Counted from the first letter of the stretch, positions 35,405 through 47,620 are shown. The stretch: DNA of 64,000 bases from Zygnema circumcarinatum SAG 698-1b (GCA_037447605.1 CM074821.1:1674001-1738000), one strand, 5' to 3'. Made by a program: numbers and translations. The notes: generated by a model from the sequence alone, not told the origin.

Positions 35405-38400
35405 GAGGGAGGGAGGGAAAATAGTTATCTTTAATTTTTCTATGGACAGGGAGGCGTGCGGAGGAGGGGAGGGGGCCGAGAGGTTGATGGAAGCGGGAGG
35501 AGGGAGACTGGAAGGGATTGGGGGGGAAGGAAGGGAGGGAGTAAGAAAAGAAGGGAGGGAGGAAAGGGTAGTCTTCTGTTTCACTTCGAGTTTGTTTCTT
35601 TTGGTCTCTCACTAAAGGGTGGGAGAGGAGCTGGAGGGGTTCAGGGGTGGGCAGACGCCAAACGGGCAGCGAGGCAGCCTTGAGGATGAGCTTCATTCTG
35701 TAGAAAGGACGTTGAACCCATGACTTCGTCCTCCCTCTCCCTCCATCGCTCCCTCCCCCCTCCCTACTCCCTCCCATCCTCCCTTCCTCCCTCCCTTCCC
35801 CCTATCATCACCCCTCCCTCCTTTTCCACCCTCCCCTCCCACCTTCCCCTCGCCTTCCTCGTTCGCCTCTCGCCCCCTTCCTCCATCCTTACCTCTCCTT
35901 CCCCCCTCCTCCCTCCCCTCTCCCTGTCCTCCCTGCCCTGAACCCCTTTTTCCCCTCGCACCCTCCCTCGCTCGTACTCTTGAATCGATTTTTTGCGCTT
36001 TCTATGGAGCCTGAGTTTGGTGGTTTCACTTCTCCTTTGGCCGGATTGGACCCGGTTGGCGGAAGAGAAAGCAGAGGAGTGAAATGAGTTCAAATCGACC
36101 GATGGCGGTCTTATGTGGTTTTTCAAGTTCGCATATTCTGTAGGGCTGGCTCTATGCTCGGTGCAGCAGAGTAGTCCAACGAATAAATTTCAGAATACTC
36201 ATTTTTTTTTTTTTTTTGCTCCAAAGGCCCTGACTGTAAACATCTATTTATTTTATGATATGGAGTTTACACTTTTGTTGCCAATGATTGGTTTTGGTTC
36301 GTGCCTTGAGATGGGGCGTTGTATATATAAAAAGGCATCTGGATGCTGAGGGGTTTGCAAGCAACGCAAGGGTGTTAAACAGTGGTGAAAGCACCCTACT
36401 TCTTCAAGATACGTCCAATGTCTCCATGACAGTTCATCATGGTGATGATCATTCCACTGTCATCATCATCACTTTGACAGAAGAGAGCCATGCCCCACTT
36501 GATGACCTTTCCTTGAATAGAAGTAGACTCGATATTAGAAATTGGGAGCTCCAAATTCAACTGGTTATGTCCTGTATCATTTGAAAATACTTGTGTTTAG
36601 CGCCAAGCATCATAGAAAGTTCATGTGTCATTCCATGCCATGCCATGCCATGTCATACGCCAGCATGCCAGCCCATAATGCCGCATGCCTCTGGCAACAT
36701 CACCAATCAAACTGAAGGAAGCGAATTCGGACCACAAACATCTCGATTAAGGAAACAACAATTAACCACAAAAGGGAACCATCGACAGGGGCCCGCCCCT
36801 TTCATCAATTCCAAAGAAATGGAGCAACGAGTACTCGAAACACTTTCTACAATATGGGACGGCTGTCGAGTCACCTCTCAAAGGCTGTCCTCTTCTGTGT
36901 TTGCCCCAAAGTCAAATGTGCTTATTACTGCCTGCAGCTTCCCNNNNNNNNNNGAGGGAGGGGAGGAGGGAGGGAGGGGGAAAGGAGGACTGGGGTGGCG
37001 GAGGGGGAAGGGGAAGGGGGAGGGAGGGGGAGAGAGGGAAAGAGAGGAGGGAGGGAGGGAAAATAGTTATCTTTAATTTTTCTATGGACAGGGAGGCGTG
37101 CGGAGGAGGGAGGGGGCCGAGAGGTTGATGGAAGCGGGAGGAGGGAGACTGGAAGGGATTGGGGGGGAAGGAAGGGAGGGAGTAAGAAAAGAAGGGAGGG
37201 AGGAAAGGGTAGTCTTCTGTTTCACTTCGAGTTTGTTTCTTTTGGTCTCTCACTAAAGGGTGGGAGAGGAGCTGGAGGGGTTCAGGGGTGGGCAGACGCC
37301 AAACGGGCAGCGAGGCAGCCTTGAGGATGAGCTTCATTCTGTAGAAAGGACGTTGAACCCATGACTTCGTCCTCCCTCTCCCTCCATCGCTCCCTCCCCC
37401 CTCCCTACTCCCTCCCATCCTCCCTTCCTCCCTCCCTTCCCCCTATCATCACCCCTCCCTCCTTTTCCACCCTCCCCTCCCACCTTCCCCTCGCCTTCCT
37501 CGTTCGCCTCTCGCCCCCTTCCTCCATCCTTACCTCTCCTTCCCCCCTCCTCCCTCCCCTCTCCCTGTCCTCCCTGCCCTGAACCCCTTTTTCCCCTCGC
37601 ACCCTCCCTCGCTCGTACTCTTGAATCGATTTTTTGCGCTTTCTATGGAGCCTGAGTTTGGTGGTTTCACTTCTCCTTTGGCCGGATTGGACCCGGTTGG
37701 CGGAAGAGAAAGCAGAGGAGTGAAATGAGTTCAAATCGACCGATGGCGGTCTTATGTGGTTTTTCAAGTTCGCATATTCTGTAGGGCTGGCTCTATGCTC
37801 GGTGCAGCAGAGTAGTCCAACGAATAAATTTCAGAATACTCATTTTTTTTTTTTTTTTGCTCCAAAGGCCCTGACTGTAAACATCTATTTATTTTATGAT
37901 ATGGAGTTTACACTTTTGTTGCCAATGATTGGTTTTGGTTCGTGCCTTGAGATGGGGCGTTGTATATATAAAAAGGCATCTGGATGCTGAGGGGTTTGCA
38001 AGCAACGCAAGGGTGTTAAACAGTGGTGAAAGCACCCTACTTCTTCAAGATACGTCCAATGTCTCCATGACAGTTCATCATGGTGATGATCATTCCACTG
38101 TCATCATCATCACTTTGACAGAAGAGAGCCATGCCCCACTTGATGACCTTTCCTTGAATAGAAGTAGACTCGATATTAGAAATTGGGAGCTCCAAATTCA
38201 ACTGGTTATGTCCTGTATCATTTGAAAATACTTGTGTTTAGCGCCAAGCATCATAGAAAGTTCATGTGTCATTCCATGCCATGCCATGCCATGTCATACG
38301 CCAGCATGCCAGCCCATAATGCCGCATGCCTCTGGCAACATCACCAATCAAACTGAAGGAAGCGAATTCGGACCACAAACATCTCGATTAAGGAAACAAC

Positions 38401-38584
38401 AATTAACCACAAAAGGGAACCATCGACAGGGGCCCGCCCCTTTCATCAATTCCAAAGAAATGGAGCAACGAGTACTCGAAACACTTTCTACAATATGGGA
38501 CGGCTGTCGAGTCACCTCTCAAAGGCTGTCCTCTTCTGTGTTTGCCCCAAAGTCAAATGTGCTTATTACTGCCTGCAGCTTCCC
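35405..38584. repeat. Direct duplication of about 1.54 kb (35405-36943 and about 37046-38584, offset 1641) across an N-gap
   Basis: Identical ORF pairs at offset 1641, e.g. 35720/37361 and 36288/37929. Copy 1 ends at the gap. Confidence 0.9.
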
Positions 38585-39289
38585 CTAGAAATCCCTCTCA
38601 TATTTCAGTATCTGCCTGCTTCCTATAACCTGCGTGCCGCCAAATCATCAAAGAGATCCTTCCCAGAGTGCATACGATACAGCTATTTACAAAGAGATAC
38701 CCGGAGCACTTTTACTTCTCAAATATTAACACAGATGTCGCGCCCCAAAAGACCAAAAAAAGTTTTCCTGCAGCGGCAGTCACCCAACAATGTGTTGTGG
38801 TCCAAAAGAATTTCTTATTCTGAATCGTCGGGTATGCAAGACCCGCGACGAAGGCAGGCAGGCCCCAGCAGAGCAGGGCAGGATTCCTTGTCTTCCCCTT
38901 TTGATGCAATGCCAGCATCAGCCTCTCCCACATGTATCCCCTCCGCTGCAGCAGGCAGGAGGCGTCCAGAGTCGTTCTCGAACCCATACACTCTCGCGTT
39001 GCACCTCCTCCTCGAACGAATTTCTTTCCAAGAGATTATAAGACATTATTCCCATTGCTGAAAGATAAAGGAATAGCAGCGGTCAAGCCTCCTTTCATCC
39101 CATTCTTGACGTCACAGAGCATCGACAACCCCAGGAAGACCTACAAATGAATACGGGAACGCGGCTTGTTCCCCGTCCGGCCTTGTCTTTCCCTCCCTCC
39201 CACCTCTCCCTCCCTCTATCCTCCCACCTGCCGCTTCAAGAAAAAGTCAAATTAGACCCCGCCTCCACTATATAGCACCTCCTCTGCCA

Positions 39290-40243
39290 TTACCAGAGGG
39301 GAGCTCTGTGGGGGACCCCCTTCCTCCTGTGAGCCTTCCACCTGAACATCTCCAGAACCCCAATTCCCAGCTGTGGGGGAGTGCCAGGTGGCGCCACGGA
39401 ACTGGTCGGAGAGGAGGGCTCAAGCGGGGGAGCATCAATGTCTACCACCTTGACAGCCGTCCTCTTTTTCTTCTTACATGAGAACATGCCAAGCTGAGAG
39501 CCTCCATAGCCTTCATACCCCTGACTGCATTCTCCTCCAGAATCTCCATCATCCACAATAAGGGGAGGCAGGACTCTCTTTCTCCACTGCGAGTCTTTTC
39601 TCCTCTCGTAACTCCCCTCTCCCTCTCCCGCCTCCTCCCCACCCTCCCTCTCTCTCTCTCCCGCTCCTGAATCCGCCGACTCCTCCCCCTCCCCCTCCCC
39701 CTCCCCCAACTGCGAATTTGCAATCAGAGCCGCGCCTCCCCAACTCCCCGTATTCACTCTCGGCTGCAGATTCAACGACTGGTCCTTTGCCACTGCTGCC
39801 AGCTTACATCCTATGGAGCAGAACCTGCATGCATCCAGGAGCGTCCGATGGCACGTCTCGCAGGAATAAGGGGCTCCTTTCTGAGGGCGCGCCTGCGGCC
39901 TCCCATTCAGAAACACAATCTTGGCGCTGTTGATGACGTAGACCTGGATGAGGGAGAGGTCCACCAGCCGCTGAATATCGGATATCCGCACAGCCTCGTG
40001 GTAAGAGGAGCGCCGGATCTGCATTGTGGTGTGCCCCGCGCCGCTGTGCCTCTTCTGCACGCAAAGGGAGCAGAGAGCCTCGCCCGCGCACTCAGTGCAG
40101 AAGAAATTGCGCTCGCTCTTGTGGGCGGCCGCGTGGTGCAGGCACGCGCTAAAGTATGAGCCGCCCAGGAGGTCGCGCAGCCATGGCGGACCCTCCCGCG
40201 GGCCCTCCTGGTGCGCCTGCGCTACCGCCACCACTCCCGGCAT
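39290..40243 (-). CDS. PLATZ: PLATZ zinc-binding transcription factor, single exon, 317 aa
   Basis: PPWLRDLL...YFSAC..H...ERNFFCTEC...LCSLC...H...QIRRSSYHEAVR...IQVYVINSAKIVFLNGRP...CETCHRTLLD...FCSIGCK, with C-terminal RRKGVPHRAP. Confidence 0.95.
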   Translation of the reverse strand: MPGVVAVAQAHQEGPREGPPWLRDLLGGSYFSACLHHAAAHKSERNFFCTECAGEALCSLCVQKRHSGAGHTTMQIRRSSYHEAVRISDIQRLVDLSLIQVYVINSAKIVFLNGRPQARPQKGAPYSCETCHRTLLDACRFCSIGCKLAAVAKDQSLNLQPRVNTGSWGGAALIANSQLGEGEGEGEESADSGAGEREREGGEEAGEGEGSYERRKDSQWRKRVLPPLIVDDGDSGGECSQGYEGYGGSQLGMFSCKKKKRTAVKVVDIDAPPLEPSSPTSSVAPPGTPPQLGIGVLEMFRWKAHRRKGVPHRAPLW

Positions 40244-40589
40244 CCCTACCTTCCCTCCTCCTTCCCCCTTGGCAAATTCCCTTCACAATTTCCTCTCTCT
40301 CCTACCCTCTACCTCCCTCTTCCCTTTCCGCAATCTCCCTCTCTCTCTCTCTCACCCCTTCCCTCTCTCTCTGCCTCTTTTTCACTTTCAGTTCCCTCTC
40401 TCCTTTTCCCCTTCCCGCTACCTCCGTCTCTCCCTCCCTCTCTCTCTCTCTCCCTCCCTTCCTCCCCCTGCAGACCCTAATTCCGCCCAACCGCCGCCGG
40501 CAGGCTTCCAGAGAGCGAGGCGAAGGCAGCGCCGAAGGCGGCGACCGCGCCCTTATGCACGGGCCGCCCCTCAAACCGCCAGCGCCACG

Positions 40590-41560
40590 CCTCCACGTCA
40601 CAAAGAACCCGTACTGCGCAAACTGCGCCTTCCTTCTCCTTTCAATTTGACCGCACGTGGCGGAGTACTGTTTTTACATTTACTGGCGTGTCCGCGCGGT
40701 TTTTGGAGGGCCGGGCGGCGTGTCGCGCCGAGGAGGCGAAGCAGCGCCAGCGGCCGCCCCTGACTGCCACGTGGGACAGCTTCGCTCGTGCGAGCTGGGT
40801 ACTCGCACGTGTGAGAGAGGGCGGCGCGACGGCTGCCTGTCAGCGCCGTGTCGTTTTCTGAGCAGGGCCACGAGGGCGGGGTTTCGCAAAACCCTAGGGA
40901 TAACACGTGGCGAACATCGAGAGGTGAAATTTGGAGATCGGACGGTTTACAATGGAGCTTCTAGAAGTCAAACGTGGCGCAGTTAGTTGTTGCCACGTAT
41001 GCGGCCCGGAGGGATCCCGCCACGTGCAATGCTACGTGGCGCGTCCGGGGGGAGCGGCGTGGAAACTGAATCACACGTGGCTCACTCTTGGTACGCCACG
41101 TCATCGAGCGATTGCTGACATGGCAGCGGCTGGTGCGAGGAGACGTCTCCGGACGAATCGGGAAGCGGATCTTTCGGGGCGAGTGACACGGCGCGGCCGC
41201 CTGCCACGTGGCAAGGAGGAAGGGACGCGGAAGGAGCTGGTTCTGTGGGACGCACACGTGTAAAGTACGTCATATCAAACGCGTATGACGCCACTCTTGC
41301 GAGGCCGTCCTTCCTAGACAAAAACATGCTAACGTCATCAGCTGCGCGCGCACCCGCCGCCAGCTTTCGCCGAAAGGGAGCGGTGACGGCGGCGGCTCCT
41401 GCCTGTCACGTAACGTCACATCACGCTTTGCGTGGCGGCCACGGCATGGAAACGTGCAAACGAATTTACGTGTGAGTCCACAAGTGCAAATCCACACGTG
41501 TGAGTCCACACGTGTGATTCCGTATTGGTGAATCCACTCGCGTGGATCGGCACGTGTGTA
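40590..41560. promoter_or_regulatory. G-box/ABRE (CACGTG) cluster upstream of PLATZ
   Basis: 11 CACGTG by my count between about 40654 and 41557, plus further ACGTG cores. Confidence 0.6.
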
Positions 41561-42019
41561 ATTGTGGTACAATCGAAATGGCACTTGGTTGGGAACTGGA
41601 TCTGGATCACAAGTGCGAGCGAGATGGAGAGGTATAAAGCACATGTGGACACGCCTCTACATAGTTAGAAACCAAACAAGAAAAACATCGTTATGGCACA
41701 CACCAAAGAACACTAGCGATGGAATGACGCGTGTTGCAGTTCATGACCACGCCGTGTTAAACAACCCCTTAGGGTGCTCGAGTGCTCCTCCACTCTATCG
41801 GTACAACCCTTCATAAGAACAATACGGCATGCGCCATGGCACGAGTCTTCCGTCCCAGCCAAGCCGCCCCACATGCCAAACCAACAATCCCCACATTTCT
41901 AGCCGTGCTAGGAACACCATACAGCTAATTGAACCGGATACCCCAGCACAAGGGAAGAAAAAAAAGAATGATTTCTCTACTAAACTATGGAACAGACAGC
42001 CCCCCCATCCCTCCTCCCT

Positions 42020-45000
42020 CTACTGGCTCACTCTCTGTCTCACGATCAGCGGCTTCAAGGGGTGCTCCTTCCCATACACATCCAGCAGCATTCCCCCTAA
42101 AATTTCATTCCATGAGTCTGGAACTCCAGGCAGGCACCAATTCGTGCAGTCAGGTTTTGGCCGAGAGGGAGATGACATCCATGGATGGCCATCCCCTCGC
42201 TTCGATGACATCATCGTGACATTGAGATAGAGAATCCCCGTGTTCTTGAGGGCCTCCACGATCGGCTTCTCATATCGATCAAACTCGTTCCCTCTCACTG
42301 CCTCGATAGCCTGCAATGCAGGAAGGGAGGTCACTCCACACACAGAGTAAGAATCAAGAATGTAGTAGTCTCTATAGATGTGATTGACCTTAGACAACTT
42401 ACACTACACCTCATTACATTTGACCCACATGGCGACTCCCTCTCCCTCTCCCTCTCTCTCTCCCTCTCCCTCTCCCTCTCCCTCTCCCTCTCCCTCTNNN
42501 NNNNNNNCTCTCCCTCTCCCTCTCCCTCTCCCTCTCCCTCTCCCTCTCCCTGTCTCCCTGTCTCCCTGTCCCTCTCGCACACACAGCAGAGCAGCGAAAG
42601 TCATAAGTAGAGAAGGCGTACCGCTTCCTCCGTTGGCAGCATCATCCGACCTGCACACTCCCTCCGCTGATGGGCAGGTGTAAAAGATCGGAATATTGCC
42701 GTCCCTCGAAAATTTTCCGAATTTGCCAACCAATGGGTGACTTCCGCCATAGCCTGTGGATACGCCCACTCCCCTACCAATCCCTCCACACTCATCCCTA
42801 CCTGCCTCTCTCCCCCCTTATAAATTCCCAAACCTTGAAGCTCTGCAGCTTCTTCCCGCCACCCACTTCCAGAATTCAAAACAACGACATCAAGCAAATG
42901 TGCTTCAGATGCCCATAGAGGGTCCGGCTGGTCTACTTCAACTCTGTTCGGATAGCAATCCCTTAGAAGATGACCTCCAGCAGCTAGGGTTTCCATGTTC
43001 GAACCGTTCCGGTTTTCCGTAACGCCAACTGCAGGCATGGAAGCTCCGCTAGTGTTGTTTTCTGAAACTGACTTCGCTGAGATTGCTTGTATTGATGACC
43101 TGGCAGCCTTGCTGAGCTGGCAAGCTGTTACATTGACTGAAACATCCTTCGTAGCCTTCACAAGGAGGGGGGAATCGTACAACAAGAGAGTGAAATTGTG
43201 CATAGGAAATAGATACGCCATTTTGCTACTTCCCCACGCTTCCTCTCGCAGCTCTTGGTGTACGGAGGGCTCTGAAAACTCCGTTTTTGGACTGCGATTT
43301 GCCTTTCTGAAGTACCATTCACTGAAAGACCCCCAACTTAAAGATGCAGAATTTGACTGTCCTGACTGCACATCTGCTGGCGATGGTCCCTCCTCCTCTG
43401 CTTCTGCAGAACTGCTTTCCATTTCTTTACTTTGAAGGTGGGGGGTCTCAGCTTCAGCGAGCATACAGACCAGCGAATCGAACGAATTCGCTGCGGATTG
43501 GTCTCCAATAAAGGCCACCCTCTTACCACGCATTATTCGAAGAAATTCGTGCGGATCAAACAAGGGGAGGATGCACTGGTCAGGCTCCCATCGCCAGTAG
43601 TCTTGAGATGAACTAAGGCCAAACTTATGGCAATTAAACGTATCTCGCATATATGGGCATGAGGAGGAATACAAGGTGGGGTCAGAGGATCGAACCCAAT
43701 TGCCTGCTCCAACTTGACAGTCGATGGAAAACTGAACTCGCTCCTTTTGCCAAACTGCAAGCAATGTCGGCACAATGACCATGAGAAAAACAGACGGGTT
43801 TATTTGATTTGGGTTTCAGATTTTGAACTTTTTAAAGTCGCTCTTCAAGCAGCCTACCGCAATAACCTTATCTCTTGGTCAACTTAAGGCGTTTTCGACG
43901 AGCTTCTTGGAAACCTATTCAAAAGTACCTGCAGTAAACATAGCATAGCTATACAGCATGCATATGGTGTTATGTTTATGTTACGAGGTCCTGCGTCCTA
44001 TTCTCAGGGCATTATCCAGCTTTCTAGACTGAAAGTATGGAATCAACTGGAATTTGCAAGAACTAAAAGGAAAACCAATCAATGCATGAAATGTCCTGAA
44101 AACTGACAGCTGGTGAAGATACGCTAACATCGATCACACATGTTTCCCGGGGCCATACTTTTTGGTATACTATTTTCGTACTCAAATGGAGTACCTCCGA
44201 GACCTAATTTATGGAAAACGTAATCTTTGGGTATTGTGGTTACCTCCATCTACAAGAATGAGATAAACAACTGCTCCCACAACAGCTAACGCCACGATTC
44301 CAAGCACCGGCAAAACCTCCATGATTTTATGTCTCCACGATCCTGCATCGTTCGAACCACGCTCCCTCCGAAGCTCTGCCGGTTCTCCTTCTATACACAA
44401 ACCTTTGCGAATAATTGGAAGGCAAGCTTCCTGCACTCCAAGCCAAAACCTCCGCTTCCAGGTAGAAGAAACATTCTCTCTTCTGGAAGGAAAAATCTCC
44501 CTTCTCTGTCTATGCCACGTCTTCTGCTTCGCTTCCTGCTGCATTCCTGACTGAAGGCTTCCTCCTCGATTCAATAGAGGAGCCACTAGGGCCGAGCTTC
44601 CTTCCCTTGAATCGGAGCCAGTCTGACTTTCCTCTTCAACGGCTTCATATCCCCTCGCCGTCTCCTTCAGCAAGAAAGGCTTCATTGCGTTATCTAATGC
44701 AGAATTATTATCAGTAGAATGTTGAGAACCAGCCCCAAATAACATTTTCCCGACCAGAGGTGGTTGGGCTGCTTCGTTCCGCGTGAATAATCGCCTGCTG
44801 AGCGCAAGAAGGGAGTCCCATTTGAGCTGTGAAGGCGAGGGATCAGCTCCGTCTATCTGCATTGAGGTCGAGCTTCCGCCGCTTTCGGAGTCGGTCCAGC
44901 AATCGTCGACCCACCCATCGTCGCTCTCTTCTGTGTCAGCACCTGCAAACAACATAAACATAAACATAAAGATAATGTACGACCAGGCATGCCAGAACTA

Positions 45001-45557
45001 TCCCAAAAACAGCACTTCAGGAAACCCTACGCAACAACACTAACACACAACGATTCCACTTAATCCTGCACGTAACCTGAACCCAACCCTAAAATTAACC
45101 CTAAAGTTATCGTTAGACCTATGAAGGAAGCAGGAAGCTGTAGAACGTATATTGAAGCCAGATGTAAGGATCTTCAAAAGAGGACAAGAACGGGGTTTTC
45201 CACAGCGCATTTAGGCGCCGCCGCTGGAAATCTAAAGATGACATTGCACCACTCAATGGGTTGAAAAAACAAGGAAAAGGGAGGCAGAAAACAGCGCAAT
45301 TCTTTGTACATCTACCGAATTCCAGCCGCTCCTTCACAAAAATTAGTGACCTCTGCTACAAACTCTTAAAACCGATGTCTGTACCAGGCGACCTGAATCC
45401 TAATCTGCAGCCCGTACCGCCCATGCCCACCTGAACTCTGATCTGCCTCTCTCTCTCTCTCTCTCTCCCTCACTCTCTCTCTCTCTCTCTCTCTGCTCTG
45501 CCACCACTCACCGCGCAGCATGCGGTAGCCCGAATCCTCGAAGCTCACCGCTTTCAT
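42020..45557 (-). CDS. TBL: Trichome-birefringence-like (TBL; PMR5N + PC-esterase) protein with substituted catalytic residues; 4 exons
   Basis: Exons 45557-45512 (tentative), 44942-44244, 43754-42622, 42310-42020. TM segment VLPVLGIVALAVVGAVVYLILV. Motifs C..GAGNWV...CPY...FNC, YWRWEPDQC.LPLFDP..FL..MRGKRVAFIGDQ, LNVT.MSS.R.DGHP and DCTNWCLPGVPDSWNEIL. Confidence 0.88.
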
Positions 45558-46829
45558 GGCTGCCCGCCTTTCCTCCCTCTCCGTCCCAACCCTAATCCTG
45601 CTCAAGCCTCTTACAGCAGCAATCAGACCTCGCACGAGAGAAGAGCTCCATCACAAAGTCAACCAATATATATTGTATGGGTACCGATACTTGGCAGTGC
45701 ATTAGCCCATCCGTACAGATTCGTACATGTTTTGTACAATATGATACGGTCATGTACGGTCCAGATTCTCCAGGACGGTCAAAACAGCCTCGACAGCCTC
45801 TCAACCTGTACTAATTCCACCTCGATAAAGTAATAAACCTCATAAAGACATTCATATTGATACTACAGTACTGGCCCATTTTCTTTTTTTTTTTTTTTTT
45901 TTTTTTTTTNNNNNNNNNNGAGGAGAAACGGGGAGGAAAGAGGGAAGGGAAGGGAAGGGAAGGGAGAAAGGAAGGGGAGGGGAAATGAGAAGGGGGGGGG
46001 GAGAAGGAAAAGGAAGGGGCAGGACAAAGGAAGGGATTGGAAGGGAAGGGATAGGGAAACAGAGGTGGAGAAATAAGGAAAGGAAGGGAAGGGAAGGGAC
46101 CAGGGAGGCGACGGGAAGGGAGAAGGGAAAGGAAGGAGAAAAACAGCAGAAAAAGGGTGGAAAGGGCATAAAAGGCGCGAGCAGCTCAAAAAGAAGAAGC
46201 ACAAGGACGAAGAGACGCAAAGGGGGAGACAAAAGGGAAAACGCAACACAGCAAGACAAGCTACGGCAGAAAATGTCAGAAAACAAGGCGAGAAACGTTA
46301 GAACAGAAAAAACCGCAGCAAAACAGCAGCAAAACAACCAAAAACAAAAAACAAAAAACGAAAAGAAGCACAAACAACAAAAACAGAGCAATGCAGCAAG
46401 ACACGCGACAGGAAAAGCCCATTTTCCGTTTTATCACTAACTGTAATGCAATAATTCCTTACTTTGTGTCGAGAACCTCTTTAAAGTCACTCCGGGCCAA
46501 CGGTTCAAGAAAGACCTCCATAAAGTCAATCCCAAACGATACGATACGATATTGCAGAATTACCGTACGGAAATTTTGCCTGCCAAACCGACATTTGATA
46601 GGAGCATCCCGTTTTGTGTCCGCCAGTTCTACTGAGCGTAGCCATCCTGTCGACCGCATGTAGCCATTCCAATAAAGTCAATATTCGTGAAATAGAACAG
46701 TTTGGTTTTATAGCAACCGCTCCTTAAAGTCAGGTTTCGCGTTCTTGACTTTATACAGCGATTTGCTGCGACCGAACCCTTCCTGGTTCTCTGCCTATAA
46801 TTAGATGAGTTTATGGGTCTGGCATAGAG

Positions 46830-46931
46830 AGGAAATGGCATTGATCTCACGATGGCGAGGCCATCAAATGTCCATGGACAAAAGTAGCATGGGGAACCAC
46901 GAGGGACTGGTCGCAAAGCACCTAAGCACAA
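46830..46931 (+). repeat. Third copy of the dispersed 100-bp repeat (see 17135)
   Basis: ATTGATCTCACGATGGCGAGGCCATCAAATGTCCATGGACAAAAGTAGCATGGGGAACCACGAGGGACTGGTCGCAAAGCACCTAAGCACAA. Confidence 0.85.
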
Positions 46932-47620
46932 CTATTTCTGGCATTCACCTTTGAATTCTTGATATACTTGAATTCTTGCTTGAACCTATTAAATTGTACC
47001 TTTCATGCCCTTAAGTAAAGGGGCATATGGCATCAAGTCTCCCGCCGGTGACTATAGGCGCCTAGTGCCCCTACTTTAGCTTAAGTTTAGTTTAATTCTT
47101 AGTGAAGGGTTGGGTTAGTTTCCCCAAATTTAGCTTAGGTTAGTTCAATTCTGGTGAACAGACCATTTTCCTCGCCAACCTTAAAATCGGCAACCCCATC
47201 AAATGTACATACGTAGCTTTACGACCAACATTTGACAGTTCCATGTCTCTTAGGCTGTTCGATGTCCCAGTTCCGCTCACATTTGAACGGAGCCCTCGAG
47301 CATGGAACCCGTTCTTTGGTTGGCTCCTCACGAGCATTGAAAAACAAAGGCATCCAAACATGGCCAAGTCCCACACGTATAGAAAACGCTCACACGGAAC
47401 ACACTCCACAAGATGAAGATTTTTAGAATGTGGGGTGTGGGAATAGGCGCTAATAGCACATAGAAATGGTACACCGTGTTTGGAAACATCCCACCACTGC
47501 CACACTCCTTCACCTTCCTCAGCCCCCCTGAAGGCGGACAGGCTCAGCACCCGCAAGCCATGGCCGGTACTCAAACACTTAAGAAAAAAAACCTTTCTCT
47601 GCCGTGGGAGGGGTGCCTCC

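Noticed and set aside
36475-36487. 13-nt match TGACAGAAGAGAG to the 5' part of miR156 (also at about 38116)
   Set aside because: The remaining 7 nt do not match and no fold-back partner is nearby. As a target site on the minus strand it has mostly mismatches in the 3' pairing region.
38495-39061. 188-aa + strand ORF and neighbouring ORFs at 36.1-39.1 kb
   Set aside because: No recognisable motifs or consistent splice structure. Probably the 3' UTR region of PLATZ and the RLK.
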